A DNA stretch of 64,000 nucleotides from Bacteroidales bacterium. Its GTDB lineage: Bacteria > Bacteroidota > Bacteroidia > Bacteroidales > UBA4417. Made by a program: the position numbers and the translations under genes. The notes below the pieces were generated by a model. That model was given only the letters and a program-made list of their open reading frames with translations. It did no database searches and was not told the DNA's origin. The stretch is taken from NCBI GenBank assembly GCA_035403165.1, contig DAONEP010000005.1, forward strand, positions 13,499 through 77,498, read 5' to 3'. Shown in pieces: positions 48,268-58,253 of this stretch (the first letter of the stretch is position 1; the number at the start of each line of letters is the position of its first letter).

Positions 48268-49746
48268 ATGAGCATGAAAAAGATATTAATACTGGTAATT
48301 TTTGCCGCTGCTGCTTTAAGCGGAATTGCGCAAAATGAGAATGACGCCCTGAGATATTCCAGGTTATCCTATGGCGGGACGGCACGTTTTCTGGGATTGG
48401 GAGGAGCCTTTGGGGCAGTGGGCGCGGATTTCTCCACACTCAGCCAAAACCCGGCAGGACTTGGCCTTTACCGTAAATCGGAATTCACCATCACCCCGCA
48501 ATTAAATACAACCTCAACGGAAGCTGATTTCTTCGGGGAGAAAAACAGCGACAACAAGTACAGCTTTAACCTCGGTAACGTGGGCCTGGTGATGAACTGG
48601 AACATCGGAGGCAACCGGGAATCAAGCATTCTGAAGTATCTCAACTTCGGCTTTGGTATGAACCGTCTGGCAAATTTCAACAACAGGATGATCATCAGTG
48701 GTTTCAATAATCAAAGTTCCCTGCTGACGCAATATATGTACGAAGCAAATAATGACGGCAACCCGCTTGATTACGATCACCTCAACCCATTCGGAAGCCA
48801 ACTGGCCTATAATACAGATGTTCTGGTATATGATTCTGCCAGCCAGGATTACTGGATTGATGCCCCGGAGGGCGGAATCGACCAGCGGAAAACGGTGGAG
48901 AGCTGGGGAACGGTTAATGAAATGGTCCTCAGTACCGGGGCGAATTTCAGCGATAAGCTTTACCTCGGGGCTACCATCGGATTTCCTTATATCCGTTATG
49001 AAGAGGATAGCAGGCTGACCGAGACCGATACAAAAGGCAATATTGATTATTTCAAGTCATTTACAAAACACGACCATTTTGAAACCCGCGGAACGGGCGT
49101 GAATTTTAAAGCTGGCATCATCTACCGGCCCCTTGATTTCTTACGCATTGGCTTTGCTGTACATACCCCTACCTATTATAATGACATGACCGATGAATAT
49201 TATTCCGAGATGACATCGGAATTCGATCAGGCTACTGGGCTTTCAGCAACCTCGCCAAACGGAAGTTATAACTATAAAATAAACACGCCGATGCGGCTGA
49301 TGGGTAATGTTGCCTTTATCATCGGACAAAGCGGACTGATCAGCGCTGATTATGAATACCTGGATTATTCAACGGCGCGCCTGCGTAATACCTCCGGTGC
49401 TGATAATGACGATTTTTACTATGTGAATGAAGCTATCCGGACCAAACTGGCGCCTGCTCATAATTTCAGGATAGGCGGTGAATGGAGATATGAAATTGTG
49501 ACCCTGAGGGGCGGATTCGGTTATTACGGTTCACCTTATGTGAAAGACCTCAATAAAAATGACGGCTCGAAAAAAACCTTGTCATGCGGCATCGGCATTC
49601 ATGATCAGGGATATTTTGTCGATTTCGCCTATACCCATGCCTGGATGAGCGACGATTATTACCTGTATGATATTTCACTGGTTCCTGCCGCAAGCACTGC
49701 CGTGCAACAGAATTACTTTTCCGTGACTTTGGGATTCCGGTATTAG
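48268..49746 (+). CDS. Outer-membrane beta-barrel protein, FadL/TodX-like class (assignment tentative)
   Basis: It has a signal peptide, then NDALRYS...GTARFLGLGGAFGAVGADFSTLSQNPAGLG, and a C-terminal LGFRY. ATG at 48268. Confidence 0.5.
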   Translation: MSMKKILILVIFAAAALSGIAQNENDALRYSRLSYGGTARFLGLGGAFGAVGADFSTLSQNPAGLGLYRKSEFTITPQLNTTSTEADFFGEKNSDNKYSFNLGNVGLVMNWNIGGNRESSILKYLNFGFGMNRLANFNNRMIISGFNNQSSLLTQYMYEANNDGNPLDYDHLNPFGSQLAYNTDVLVYDSASQDYWIDAPEGGIDQRKTVESWGTVNEMVLSTGANFSDKLYLGATIGFPYIRYEEDSRLTETDTKGNIDYFKSFTKHDHFETRGTGVNFKAGIIYRPLDFLRIGFAVHTPTYYNDMTDEYYSEMTSEFDQATGLSATSPNGSYNYKINTPMRLMGNVAFIIGQSGLISADYEYLDYSTARLRNTSGADNDDFYYVNEAIRTKLAPAHNFRIGGEWRYEIVTLRGGFGYYGSPYVKDLNKNDGSKKTLSCGIGIHDQGYFVDFAYTHAWMSDDYYLYDISLVPAASTAVQQNYFSVTLGFRY

Positions 49747-49769
49747 ATTCCGGGAAAGCTTGTTTGTCG

Positions 49770-49804
49770 CCTCAGATGGCCGGATTGCCGTCTGAGGTTT
49801 TTTA
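49770..49804 (+). terminator. Rho-independent terminator
   Basis: CCTCAGATGG-CCGGATTG-CCGTCTGAGG, with one wobble, followed by TTTTTTAT. The T-run overlaps the stop of the convergent gene. Confidence 0.75.
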
Positions 49805-51310
49805 TTTATTGTCTAAACGGTTCAACCCGGCTTTTGCCTTGTGGGTTATACTGAAATGATACTCCTCGAAATTGAGGCTAAGGCATTTATTGAAATAATA
49901 CCGCGCCATTTTTTCATCATGCCGGTTTTCATAGATCATGCCGAGTTGCAATGAAGCGTTGGCGGCGTAATACCAGGGCTGGTTGTTTCCCAGGTTAATG
50001 ACGGATTGATAGGCCGGAATGGCCAGGTCGTCTTTGCCCCATTCGTCATAAATACGGCCTTTACGGTATGTGCACTCGACGATTTCACGCTGTGGGGTAT
50101 TTCCGGCTCTTGCCTCAAAATTCTGAATTTCAGACATTGCCCTTTCGTAGTATCCGCCGTCAAACAGAAGCCTGGCTTTCAGGAGGTGGATATTTTGTTC
50201 TGCTTTTTTTTCAGCAAAACGCATGGCTTCGCGGTCATTGTCAACCTGTACATTTCCCCTGAGGGGAATGCGGTTTACATAAAGCCGGTATTTTGTCATA
50301 TCACCGTTGATGAAGTAATACCAGGCTATATGCTGGTATGCCGATTTTATATAGTTCAGCCCCTTGAAGTTTGCCACGAAGGTAAGCAGCGGAATATTGG
50401 CATCCTTATCCAGGCGGTTGAGCTTTGCCACTCCGAGGATATAATCCTGGTAGTAAAAAGGATAAATTCCTTTTCCCTGTACGCGTCCTTTCAACAGGGA
50501 GATTGCTTTATCGTTCTCGCCTGTTTTCAGGTAAACATTAGCGAGCGCATAACACATGAGGGGGCTGTCGTGAATCCATTGCTGCAAAGGCTGCTTACCG
50601 GCTTCGGCAATAAAGCCGGCGGTTGCGTCATGATTTCCGGCCAGGTTGATCGAAGTAAACGCAAGCAGGAAAGCGCTTTCGGGGTAAAGAAAACTGAATT
50701 CCGGATTCCTGGCCGATTGGTGGAAGGCTGTCTGCAACTCGCTGAGACCCTGCCTGATAGTTCCCCTGAATTTTAAAGTCCGCACTGCCCAGCGATAGTT
50801 GTCGGGGACAGTGCCAATAAGGGAATGCAGCAATCCGAGGCATACTTTATCAGGCAGGAATTCCGGGAAACGGCGGTTGTTTTCTTCCAGCAATTTATAA
50901 GCCTGGTTCAGCTCTACGCCGGCAGTTACGAAGTCGCGGAATTTTACCCGGGCAAAACCGCATTGCATATATACCATTGCCTGGCTGTAACGGTACCAGG
51001 GTGACGAGGCATCGCCTGAAGCCAGTTTTGCCAACCGCCTGTTGCGCTGTTGTTTCAGCCGGGCATAATCTTCTTCCTGTTCTCCGATCATCACGGTAAG
51101 GAAATCGATATAATTTTCAAGAAGGTATGGCTGTGTGTTTTCAGGATTCTGCTTTATTTCCTCCCGGATCAGAGTTTGAGCTTCCTCAAAACGGAGGCAT
51201 AGTATATTTGCATGCGCTTTCTGGCACCGGGAGGAATACCCTGTCGTTGCCTGGCTGGTAAAAGATAACAGTATTATAATGGCGGCTGAGAGGTATCGGA
51301 AAGTTTGCAT
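49802..51310 (-). CDS. Secreted TPR-like helical-repeat protein
   Basis: The signal peptide starts at the ATG at 51310 (MQTFRYLSAAIIILLSFTSQA). Repeated A/Y/L-rich helical pairs occur, for example WYYAANASLQLGMIYENRHDEKMARYYFNKCL. Confidence 0.5.
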   Translation of the reverse strand: MQTFRYLSAAIIILLSFTSQATTGYSSRCQKAHANILCLRFEEAQTLIREEIKQNPENTQPYLLENYIDFLTVMIGEQEEDYARLKQQRNRRLAKLASGDASSPWYRYSQAMVYMQCGFARVKFRDFVTAGVELNQAYKLLEENNRRFPEFLPDKVCLGLLHSLIGTVPDNYRWAVRTLKFRGTIRQGLSELQTAFHQSARNPEFSFLYPESAFLLAFTSINLAGNHDATAGFIAEAGKQPLQQWIHDSPLMCYALANVYLKTGENDKAISLLKGRVQGKGIYPFYYQDYILGVAKLNRLDKDANIPLLTFVANFKGLNYIKSAYQHIAWYYFINGDMTKYRLYVNRIPLRGNVQVDNDREAMRFAEKKAEQNIHLLKARLLFDGGYYERAMSEIQNFEARAGNTPQREIVECTYRKGRIYDEWGKDDLAIPAYQSVINLGNNQPWYYAANASLQLGMIYENRHDEKMARYYFNKCLSLNFEEYHFSITHKAKAGLNRLDNK

Positions 51311-51377
51311 GAAGCGAAAATAAAAAAAAGAGGGCTCTAAAACCCTCATTTGTTTTTTTACAGGATGGATGATAACC

Positions 51378-52244
51378 TTACTCTTTTACTGAGTTGGCTA
51401 GTTCTTTGTCAACCAGGATGCGTCCGCAATATTCGCAAACAATGATTTTGCGGTGCATGCGGATATCGAGCTGGCGCTGAGGGGGGATAGCGCTGAAACA
51501 ACCGCCGCAGGCGTCGCGTTCTACGGTTACGACAGCCAGGCCGTTACGTGCATTTTTCCGGATACGTTTGTATGCAAGCAGGAGACGGTCTTCAATAAAT
51601 TTTTGCTGTGCTTCCGATTTGCGAAGGAGTTCTTTCTCTTCGTTTTCGGTCTCGGTAACGATGTCGGAGAGCTCGCTGCGTTTTACTTCAAGGTCGTTGC
51701 GGCGGTCTTCCAAAACTGACTGTGCATGTTCAATCTCATCAGCATATTGATCATGCTGCAGGTTAAATTCACGGATGCGCTTTTCGGCGAGTTGGATTTC
51801 GAGGGATTGAAATTCAATTTCTTTGGTCAGAGCGTCGTACTCGCGGTTGTTGCGGACATTATTCTGCTGTTCCTCATATCTTTTGATGAGGTTCTGACTT
51901 TCACGGATGGCAATCTGTTTGTCGCCAATCTGTTTTTCGAGCGACTGAATTTCCTGGATGTGATTGTCGATACGGGTTTCGAGGCCGGCAATTTCATCTT
52001 CCAGGTCTTCAACCTCGAGTGGCAATTCCCCCCTGATGATGCGGATGCGGTCTATCTGGGAATCAATTTGCTGCAAGCTGTGAAGCGCAACCAATTTTTT
52101 CTCCACTGAAATTTCCAACTCATCCAGTTCGTTCTCAACGGGCGTGTTGTTAGCTGTTTCCATTGATTCGGTTACCGGGGTTTCAGGTGTCTTCCGGGTA
52201 GCATCGGCTGATGATCCGCCTGATTTAGCAACTGATTTTGCCAT
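51378..52244 (-). CDS. Coiled-coil plus C4 zinc-ribbon protein (COG1579/DUF164-type), the usual partner of Nif3
   Basis: 288 aa with a long coiled coil. The C-terminus has CGGC...CEYCGRIL. It lies directly downstream of the Nif3-like gene. Confidence 0.75.
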   Translation of the reverse strand: MAKSVAKSGGSSADATRKTPETPVTESMETANNTPVENELDELEISVEKKLVALHSLQQIDSQIDRIRIIRGELPLEVEDLEDEIAGLETRIDNHIQEIQSLEKQIGDKQIAIRESQNLIKRYEEQQNNVRNNREYDALTKEIEFQSLEIQLAEKRIREFNLQHDQYADEIEHAQSVLEDRRNDLEVKRSELSDIVTETENEEKELLRKSEAQQKFIEDRLLLAYKRIRKNARNGLAVVTVERDACGGCFSAIPPQRQLDIRMHRKIIVCEYCGRILVDKELANSVKE

Positions 52245-52272
52245 AGCTATATTGCGAGTGTTATATGTTTAA

Positions 52273-53370
52273 TTACAGGTAGTTAACAGGATTTGTCGGG
52301 GTTTCCGAAATAAAGTGTGCAAAGGTAGGAAATTTTTTCTTTAACAGGGTGCTTATCAGTTCTTTTGTGAATTGTTCACTTTCATAGTGCCCGATATCGG
52401 CCAGCAACATAGAGTTTTCCGGCACGAAAAAGTCATGGTAACGGATGTCGCCGGTAAGGAAAATGTCGGCGCCGGAAGCCAGCGCATCAGGTATCAGAAA
52501 ACTTCCTGCTCCGCCACAAACGGCAACTTTCCTGACCTTTTTTCCGGTGAATGGGGTGTGCCGGATACAACCCAGGCCCAGCGTCATTTTTACTTTTTCC
52601 AGAAACTCACGCGGGTCGGTATCAGCAGTCAGATCGCCCGTCATGCCTGCTCCCGCGCCGGCATAAGTGTTGTCAAGGTTATAAATATCATAGGCAACTT
52701 CTTCGTAAGGATGAGACCTTATCATGGCTGAAACTACCTTTGACCGGAGATAGGAAGGGAAAACCGTTTCGATACGCACTTCATTCTCAAAATGCAACGC
52801 TCCGGTTTCTCCCACATAAGGGTTTGTTCCTTCACCGGCCCTGAAAGTTCCTTCTCCGGCGGCATTGAAGCTGCAACAATCGTAATGTCCGATAAAACCG
52901 GCACCGGCTGCGAAAACAGCATTCCGTACTTCCGCCGCTTTCTCAACCGGACAAAAGGTCACCAACTTTTGCAGCAAACCTTTCAGCGGTTTCAATACCT
53001 GCCTGTTGATGATTCCCAGTTTGTCGCAAAGGATATTGTTTACTCCTCCGGCAATATTGTCAAGGTTTGTATGCAGGGCATAAACCGCTATGTCGTACTG
53101 GACGGCTTTTCGTATCATTTTGCCCGTGGATGTGCCCGATGTTACTGTTTTTAGGTTCCCGAAAATCAACGGGTGATGGGAAATTACAAGGTTGCAGCCT
53201 TTGCTGATGGCTTCGTCGAGCACGGCTTCGGTAACATCGAGTGCAATGAGCGCCGATTGAATCTCAGCTTCCTCATCGCCTATCAACAGACCCGAATTAT
53301 CATAACTCTCCTGCAACGATAATGGGGCAAAGTCTTCAAAAGCCTTCTTGATTTCTTTCAGACGTATCAT
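52273..53370 (-). CDS. Nif3-like dinuclear metal-centre protein (GTP cyclohydrolase 1 type 2 homologue)
   Basis: 365 aa. Blocks SYDNSGL, ISHHPLIF, LHTNLD and GHYESE are in the Nif3 family order, with an inserted PII-like domain. Confidence 0.88.
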   Translation of the reverse strand: MIRLKEIKKAFEDFAPLSLQESYDNSGLLIGDEEAEIQSALIALDVTEAVLDEAISKGCNLVISHHPLIFGNLKTVTSGTSTGKMIRKAVQYDIAVYALHTNLDNIAGGVNNILCDKLGIINRQVLKPLKGLLQKLVTFCPVEKAAEVRNAVFAAGAGFIGHYDCCSFNAAGEGTFRAGEGTNPYVGETGALHFENEVRIETVFPSYLRSKVVSAMIRSHPYEEVAYDIYNLDNTYAGAGAGMTGDLTADTDPREFLEKVKMTLGLGCIRHTPFTGKKVRKVAVCGGAGSFLIPDALASGADIFLTGDIRYHDFFVPENSMLLADIGHYESEQFTKELISTLLKKKFPTFAHFISETPTNPVNYL

Positions 53371-53475
53371 CTAAAGTTTGGGTTCTAATTTACAGATTAG
53401 GGCGTGAGCGCTCACATTTTCAGCAAATATACCATACAACAGGGCATCAGTTGTATAATTTTGTAATTTTAAATC

Positions 53476-54591
53476 ATGGAATTGATCAGGATATTACTAT
53501 TTCCTCTGGCGGTCCTGTATGGGCTGGTTGCCCGTATCCGCAATGCATTCTTCAACTGGGGCATCTTCAGACAGGTTTCTTTCAGCCTTCCCGTGATTTC
53601 CGTCGGAAATCTCTGTGCCGGCGGAAGCGGCAAGACTCCCATGGTGGAATACCTTATAAGGTTGCTGAATCAGCATTATCGTATCGCTACGCTGAGCCGG
53701 GGCTACAAACGGAAAACCAATGGCTTTCTGATGGCTGATGAGACAAGTACAAGTTCGCAGATCGGGGATGAACCGCTGCAGTATTTCCGGAAATTTAAAA
53801 ATATCATGGTTGCCGTAGATGAAAACAGGAGAAGAGGAATACGCAGCCTGTTGAATATGGGAAATCCTCCCGGGGTTATACTGCTGGATGATGCTTTTCA
53901 GCATCGCCGGGTAAAGCCCGGCTTATCAATTTTAGTGACGGACTACTTTAAAACCTACGTCCATGACCAGATGTTGCCGGTGGGGAGATTACGTGAACCG
54001 ATCGCCGGCGCTTCAAGGGCGCAGATTATAATTGTCACCAAATCGCCCCGCATATTCTCACCCATCTTGCGCAGACAGATTACCGAAGAGCTTAAGCCGG
54101 CCCCCCATCAGCAATTGTTCTTTTCCTACGTGAAGTATCTCGGACTTGAACCGGTATATGCTGAGTTGCCACCGTTTTCGCTGAAAGAACAACGGCCTTC
54201 GACCATCATGATGGTAACAGGTATTGCGAACCCTTCGCCTATGGAGGAATACCTCCGGTCGGCCTGCAACGAACTGGTAATGATCCCGTTTCCGGATCAT
54301 CATCGCTTTGAGCCCCACGATCTTGCCATGATCCGGCAGCGGTTCGATGAACTGCATTCGAGGCTGAAGATCATTGTTACTACCGAAAAAGATGCCATGC
54401 GGTTGCGGGACGGCCAATCGGAAACCATATTAAAAAACCTTCCGGTCTATTATCTTAGCATGCAGCATGAGTTTCATGAGGAGGATAAAAGAAAATTTGA
54501 CGCCTTTATCCTTGATTACCTGTCGGGTTATCAAAAAGAACCAGGGGCGCCCGAAACCGGATCAGATGAGAATCCCGGCAATACCGAATGA
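53476..54591 (+). CDS. lpxK: Tetraacyldisaccharide 4'-kinase
   Basis: 371 aa with the P-loop VGNLCAGGSGKTP, then SRGYKRK and DDAFQHR. Confidence 0.92.
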   Translation: MELIRILLFPLAVLYGLVARIRNAFFNWGIFRQVSFSLPVISVGNLCAGGSGKTPMVEYLIRLLNQHYRIATLSRGYKRKTNGFLMADETSTSSQIGDEPLQYFRKFKNIMVAVDENRRRGIRSLLNMGNPPGVILLDDAFQHRRVKPGLSILVTDYFKTYVHDQMLPVGRLREPIAGASRAQIIIVTKSPRIFSPILRRQITEELKPAPHQQLFFSYVKYLGLEPVYAELPPFSLKEQRPSTIMMVTGIANPSPMEEYLRSACNELVMIPFPDHHRFEPHDLAMIRQRFDELHSRLKIIVTTEKDAMRLRDGQSETILKNLPVYYLSMQHEFHEEDKRKFDAFILDYLSGYQKEPGAPETGSDENPGNTE

Positions 54592-55437
54592 AGCATAGAG
54601 GATGCTGGCAAACCCGTTGAGCGTAAAGAAAGCCACATTCACTCTCCTCAGATCGTCTGCTTTGACGATGAAGTGCTGGTATGCAAGCATGATAATGAAA
54701 ACTGAATAACCGGTCCAGTAAAGAAATCCATAGTTGTTGCGAATGCCGAGAATAAAAAGCAGGATGGCCGTGATGGCGTGTAACAGGATCGAAAGTATCA
54801 GCGCCCTTTGTCTCCCCAACTGAACGGGAATCGATTTCAACCGGTTCTCGCGGTCGAAATCATCGTCCTGGAGCGCATAAATAATATCAAATCCTGAAAC
54901 CCAGCAAAGGACTGCAGCCGAGAGTATTACAGGCGGCCAGGCAAATTGCCCGGTAACGGCCAGGAATGCTCCCGTCGGGGCCAGGGAAAGGCCAAGGCCC
55001 AAAACGAAGTGTGAGAAATAAGTAAACCGTTTGGTGAAACTGTAACCGAGAATTACCAGCAGCGCAACCGGTGAAAGGTAAAAACAGAGCCGGTTGATAA
55101 ACCATGTGGTGGCGATGAAAAACAGTGCGTTGAGCAGGCAAAAGGCCAGGGCCGATTCAGGCCTGATGATTTCGGCAGGAATTTCACGGATGGCAGTCCG
55201 GGGGTTTTTTTTATCAAACTCACGGTCAGCCCACCGGTTAAAACTCATGGCCGCGTTACGGGCAAAAAACATACATAAAATAACAAAGAATAAAAGCAGC
55301 CAGTCGGATGTGTGACCGGGATGTTCCATGGCCATGAAAAAACCAAAGAGCGCAAAAGGCATGGCAAAAATGGTATGGGCAAATTTAACCATCGACAGAT
55401 AGTTCCCTATTTTTGTCATTTGTTTACGAAAGTACAT
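54562..55437 (-). CDS. UbiA-family aromatic prenyltransferase
   Basis: 291 aa with about 8 TM helices, an Asp-rich motif NRWADREFDKKNPRT and a second motif YALQDDDFD. Confidence 0.85.
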   Translation of the reverse strand: MYFRKQMTKIGNYLSMVKFAHTIFAMPFALFGFFMAMEHPGHTSDWLLLFFVILCMFFARNAAMSFNRWADREFDKKNPRTAIREIPAEIIRPESALAFCLLNALFFIATTWFINRLCFYLSPVALLVILGYSFTKRFTYFSHFVLGLGLSLAPTGAFLAVTGQFAWPPVILSAAVLCWVSGFDIIYALQDDDFDRENRLKSIPVQLGRQRALILSILLHAITAILLFILGIRNNYGFLYWTGYSVFIIMLAYQHFIVKADDLRRVNVAFFTLNGFASILYASFGIAGILI

Positions 55438-55526
55438 GCCGTTTGTTTTACATTGTCGGCAAAAATAGCGAACGGAATGGCTGCCTGTTTATCTTGCAGC
55501 AAGGAAATCAATAAAATTTTCAGACC

Positions 55527-56330
55527 ATGATCAGGTGTTTGAGGTTAGTGACCGGGTATTTAAAGTATTTTGTCAAGTCTAAAACAAAGTATAAGATACA
55601 TTCCCCGTTCGTTTATTCACTTATAACCGAAGTTTTTGAAAAAAAAGCTGAAACTCCTGAAATATTAGCAATTCGTGATATATACGCCCGGTTAAGGCGG
55701 AGCCGCCGCGTTCTCGAAGTTACCGATTTCGGCGCCGGTAAAGGCAAAAAATCCTACATCCTGCGTTTCAGAAGCGTCGGGCAGATAATCAGGAAATCAT
55801 CGGTGACGCCCGAGCCCGGAGGACTACTGTACAAGCTGGCAGCCCGGTTTCAGCCTGCCGTCATTCTTGAACTTGGAACATCGCTGGGTATAAGCACTTT
55901 GTATCTATCAAAAGGCGCACCCGGAGCCAGGGTGATAACCATTGAAGGATGCAGCACTACTTCGGAAATAGCGCGTGAAAACTTTTCCGAAGCCGGCATT
56001 TCGAATGTTGAAATGCATACCGGACGTTTTGAAGATATTCTGCCGGGGACGCTGAATGATTGCGGGAAGGTGGATTTTGTCTTTATCGACGGCCATCATG
56101 AATACGGGCCTACCAGGATGTATGTTGAAATGATCCTTGGGAAAGCCCGGGATGAAACCGTGATTGTGATAGATGATATTCACTGGTCGAAAGGCATGGA
56201 AAAGGCCTGGGAGGAACTCTGCAATTTTCCGGCTGTAACGGTTTCCATCGATATTTACCGTTTTGGAATCCTGTTTCTCCGGAAAGGCTTATCAAAACAG
56301 CATTTCATCATCCGGTACCGGAAACCCTGA
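55527..56330 (+). CDS. Class I SAM-dependent (O-)methyltransferase
   Basis: The SAM motif is ILELGTSLGISTLYL, followed by FIDGHH and VIDDI, a Methyltransf_24-like order. Confidence 0.7.
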   Translation: MIRCLRLVTGYLKYFVKSKTKYKIHSPFVYSLITEVFEKKAETPEILAIRDIYARLRRSRRVLEVTDFGAGKGKKSYILRFRSVGQIIRKSSVTPEPGGLLYKLAARFQPAVILELGTSLGISTLYLSKGAPGARVITIEGCSTTSEIARENFSEAGISNVEMHTGRFEDILPGTLNDCGKVDFVFIDGHHEYGPTRMYVEMILGKARDETVIVIDDIHWSKGMEKAWEELCNFPAVTVSIDIYRFGILFLRKGLSKQHFIIRYRKP

Positions 56331-56420
56331 AAAATGATGAACGCCAGAAATCAACAGTGTATATGTTTCGCATGCTTATTCGGATTATTTTTGTGAACAG
56401 TAAATGCAAAACTTATTCTT

Positions 56421-57149
56421 ATGGATGGTGAAGTAATTCGTCTTGTTGACATTACCCGCAATTATAAGGTTGGCACCGAGATAGTAAGGGCGCTTCGCTC
56501 GGTCTCGCTGACGATAAGGAAAAATGAATTCGTTGCGCTCATGGGTCCGTCGGGTTCAGGAAAATCAACATTGATGAACCTGCTGGGTTGTCTGGATACA
56601 CCCACCAGCGGCCAGTATTTCCTTAACGGGAAGGATGTCAGCAAGCTCAACGACCTTGAATTGGCGGAAATCAGGAACAAGGAGATCGGATTCGTGTTTC
56701 AGACATTCAACCTGTTGCCCAGGATTACGGCCATCGAAAACGTGGCGCTGCCCCAGGTTTATGCCGGCATTACTAAGGCGAAAAGGATGGAACGCGCCCG
56801 CGAAGTCATTGAAGAGGTGGGGCTTACCGACCGCCTGCATCACAAACCCAATGAAATGTCGGGCGGGCAACGCCAGCGCGTAGCTATTGCCAGGGCTATG
56901 GTTAATAACCCGAGTATCATTCTGGCTGATGAACCTACCGGAAACCTCGATTCGGTGACAAGCCATGAGATTATGGCCCTGCTGGAGAAAATTCATAAGG
57001 ACGGAAATACCATTGTCCTGGTTACCCATGAAGAAGACATTGCCCGCCATGCCCACCGGATTATCCGCCTGATGGACGGACAGATTGCCGATGATTATCT
57101 GAATGCCGAAATTTACAGTTCGCTGAAAAAAGCCACGGTGACAGTTTAG
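56421..57149 (+). CDS. ABC transporter ATP-binding protein (MacB/LolD/FtsE-like clade)
   Basis: Walker A is GPSGSGKST, the signature is MSGGQRQR and Walker B is [11 protein letters not shown]. Confidence 0.9.
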   Translation: MDGEVIRLVDITRNYKVGTEIVRALRSVSLTIRKNEFVALMGPSGSGKSTLMNLLGCLDTPTSGQYFLNGKDVSKLNDLELAEIRNKEIGFVFQTFNLLPRITAIENVALPQVYAGITKAKRMERAREVIEEVGLTDRLHHKPNEMSGGQRQRVAIARAMVNNPSIILADEPTGNLDSVTSHEIMALLEKIHKDGNTIVLVTHEEDIARHAHRIIRLMDGQIADDYLNAEIYSSLKKATVTV

Positions 57150-57194
57150 CGCCGCCCGGGCACATTCATGACATCATTTTCATACCTGCCGTTC

Positions 57195-57758
57195 ATGGAG
57201 AAAAATTTCAGGATATATACCAAAACAGGCGATAAAGGCGAAACTTCGCTGATCGGCGGGAAACGGGTCCCAAAGTATCACAGCCGCATCGAAGCATACG
57301 GTACGCTCGATGAATTAAATTCTTTCATCGGGTACCTCCGCGACCAGCTCGATCATGAACCGATGAAATCCCTTTTGCTCGAAGTGCAGGACAGGCTTTT
57401 CGTCGCCGAATCGCTGCTTGCTGCTGATCCGGATGCCGCCATCACAAAGCCGCTGCCCGCTTTGCATGACGACGATGTGGCGATGCTGGAACGGGAAATC
57501 GACAGGATGAACGAATCGTTGCCGCCATTGTCAACTTTTCTGCTGCCGGGCGGACATCCGCTGGTATCGCTGAGCCACGTCTGCCGTACCGTTTGCCGGA
57601 GAGCGGAACGGTTGTGCATTAAATTGAATACCGAATCTCCCGTTGATGAAATCGTGATCCGTTACCTCAACCGTCTTTCAGACTTTCTTTTTGTCCTGGC
57701 AAGATATGTTGCTTTTTTAATAAATGTTCCCGATTTGCCGTGGAATCCGGAGACGTAA
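57195..57758 (+). CDS. PduO-type ATP:cob(I)alamin adenosyltransferase
   Basis: IYTKTGDKGETSL lies at the N-terminus in a four-helix-bundle family layout. I chose the ATG at 57195. Confidence 0.88.
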   Translation: MEKNFRIYTKTGDKGETSLIGGKRVPKYHSRIEAYGTLDELNSFIGYLRDQLDHEPMKSLLLEVQDRLFVAESLLAADPDAAITKPLPALHDDDVAMLEREIDRMNESLPPLSTFLLPGGHPLVSLSHVCRTVCRRAERLCIKLNTESPVDEIVIRYLNRLSDFLFVLARYVAFLINVPDLPWNPET

Positions 57759-57765
57759 ATAAAAT

Positions 57766-57800
57766 GCCGGCCTGAAACTTTTCAGGCCCTGCCGGTTTTG
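57766..57800. terminator. Hairpin between convergent genes, a possible bidirectional terminator
   Basis: GGCCTGAAA-CT-TTTCAGGCC is flanked by GCCGG/CCGG and TTTT. The T-runs are not immediately adjacent to the stem. Confidence 0.4.
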
Positions 57801-57815
57801 GGTTTCCGTGAGGAC

Positions 57816-58244
57816 TTAGTAATACTGCATTTCAACCCTGATATAGCTATTGTTTTGGGTTAGTTCAAAATCAAAGTCATCGAACCTTGGCTTTTTTATT
57901 CCTTTATGCCTGTAGTTTGAGAACCCGCATCCTTCGGCAGGCAGCATAAATCGGTAATCCATCTTCCCGTTGCTGTTTTCATCATCAAGAAAAGCAATGG
58001 CATACTGTCCCGCCGGCAGGTCCCTGATGAGAACGGCAATTTTCCCGTCTTTTATCTTGTCCTTGGGCACCACCAGACTTCGATACGGATGATCGGTATT
58101 GAACTGGCGGCTGTTGTTGTAAATGCCGATACAGATATCTCCTTTCCGGCTACGGATGCCTGAAATGCTGATCGTCAGGTTTTGGGTAAACGAAGACGCT
58201 GCGATAAATAAAGCCAGAATGGAAGCCGGAATGAAAGGTTTCAT
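57816..58244 (-). CDS. DUF2141 domain protein (secreted)
   Basis: 142 aa with a signal peptide. The pattern GDICIGIYNN...YAIAFLDDENSNGKMD...PAEGCGFSN is characteristic of DUF2141. Confidence 0.75.
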   Translation of the reverse strand: MKPFIPASILALFIAASSFTQNLTISISGIRSRKGDICIGIYNNSRQFNTDHPYRSLVVPKDKIKDGKIAVLIRDLPAGQYAIAFLDDENSNGKMDYRFMLPAEGCGFSNYRHKGIKKPRFDDFDFELTQNNSYIRVEMQYY

Positions 58245-58253
58245 GGTTGCGCT

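Noticed and set aside
53404-53415. Perfect 12-bp palindrome GTGAGCGCTCAC, the core of an idealised LacI-type operator, in the divergent nif3/lpxK intergenic region.
   Set aside because: Roughly a dozen 12-bp perfect palindromes are expected by chance in 64 kb. The flanks do not extend the symmetry and no LacI-family regulator is nearby.
54562-54591. A 30-bp convergent overlap of the lpxK and UbiA-family gene 3' ends.
   Set aside because: Both C-termini are poorly conserved tails. Short convergent overlaps are common in compact genomes and nothing else is unusual here.
56421-57149. A MacB/LolD-like ABC ATPase with no adjacent permease gene, possibly part of a novel system.
   Set aside because: Orphan LolD/FtsE-like ATPase genes with permeases encoded elsewhere are common in Bacteroidota. 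The neighbours (methyltransferase, PduO) look like unrelated housekeeping.
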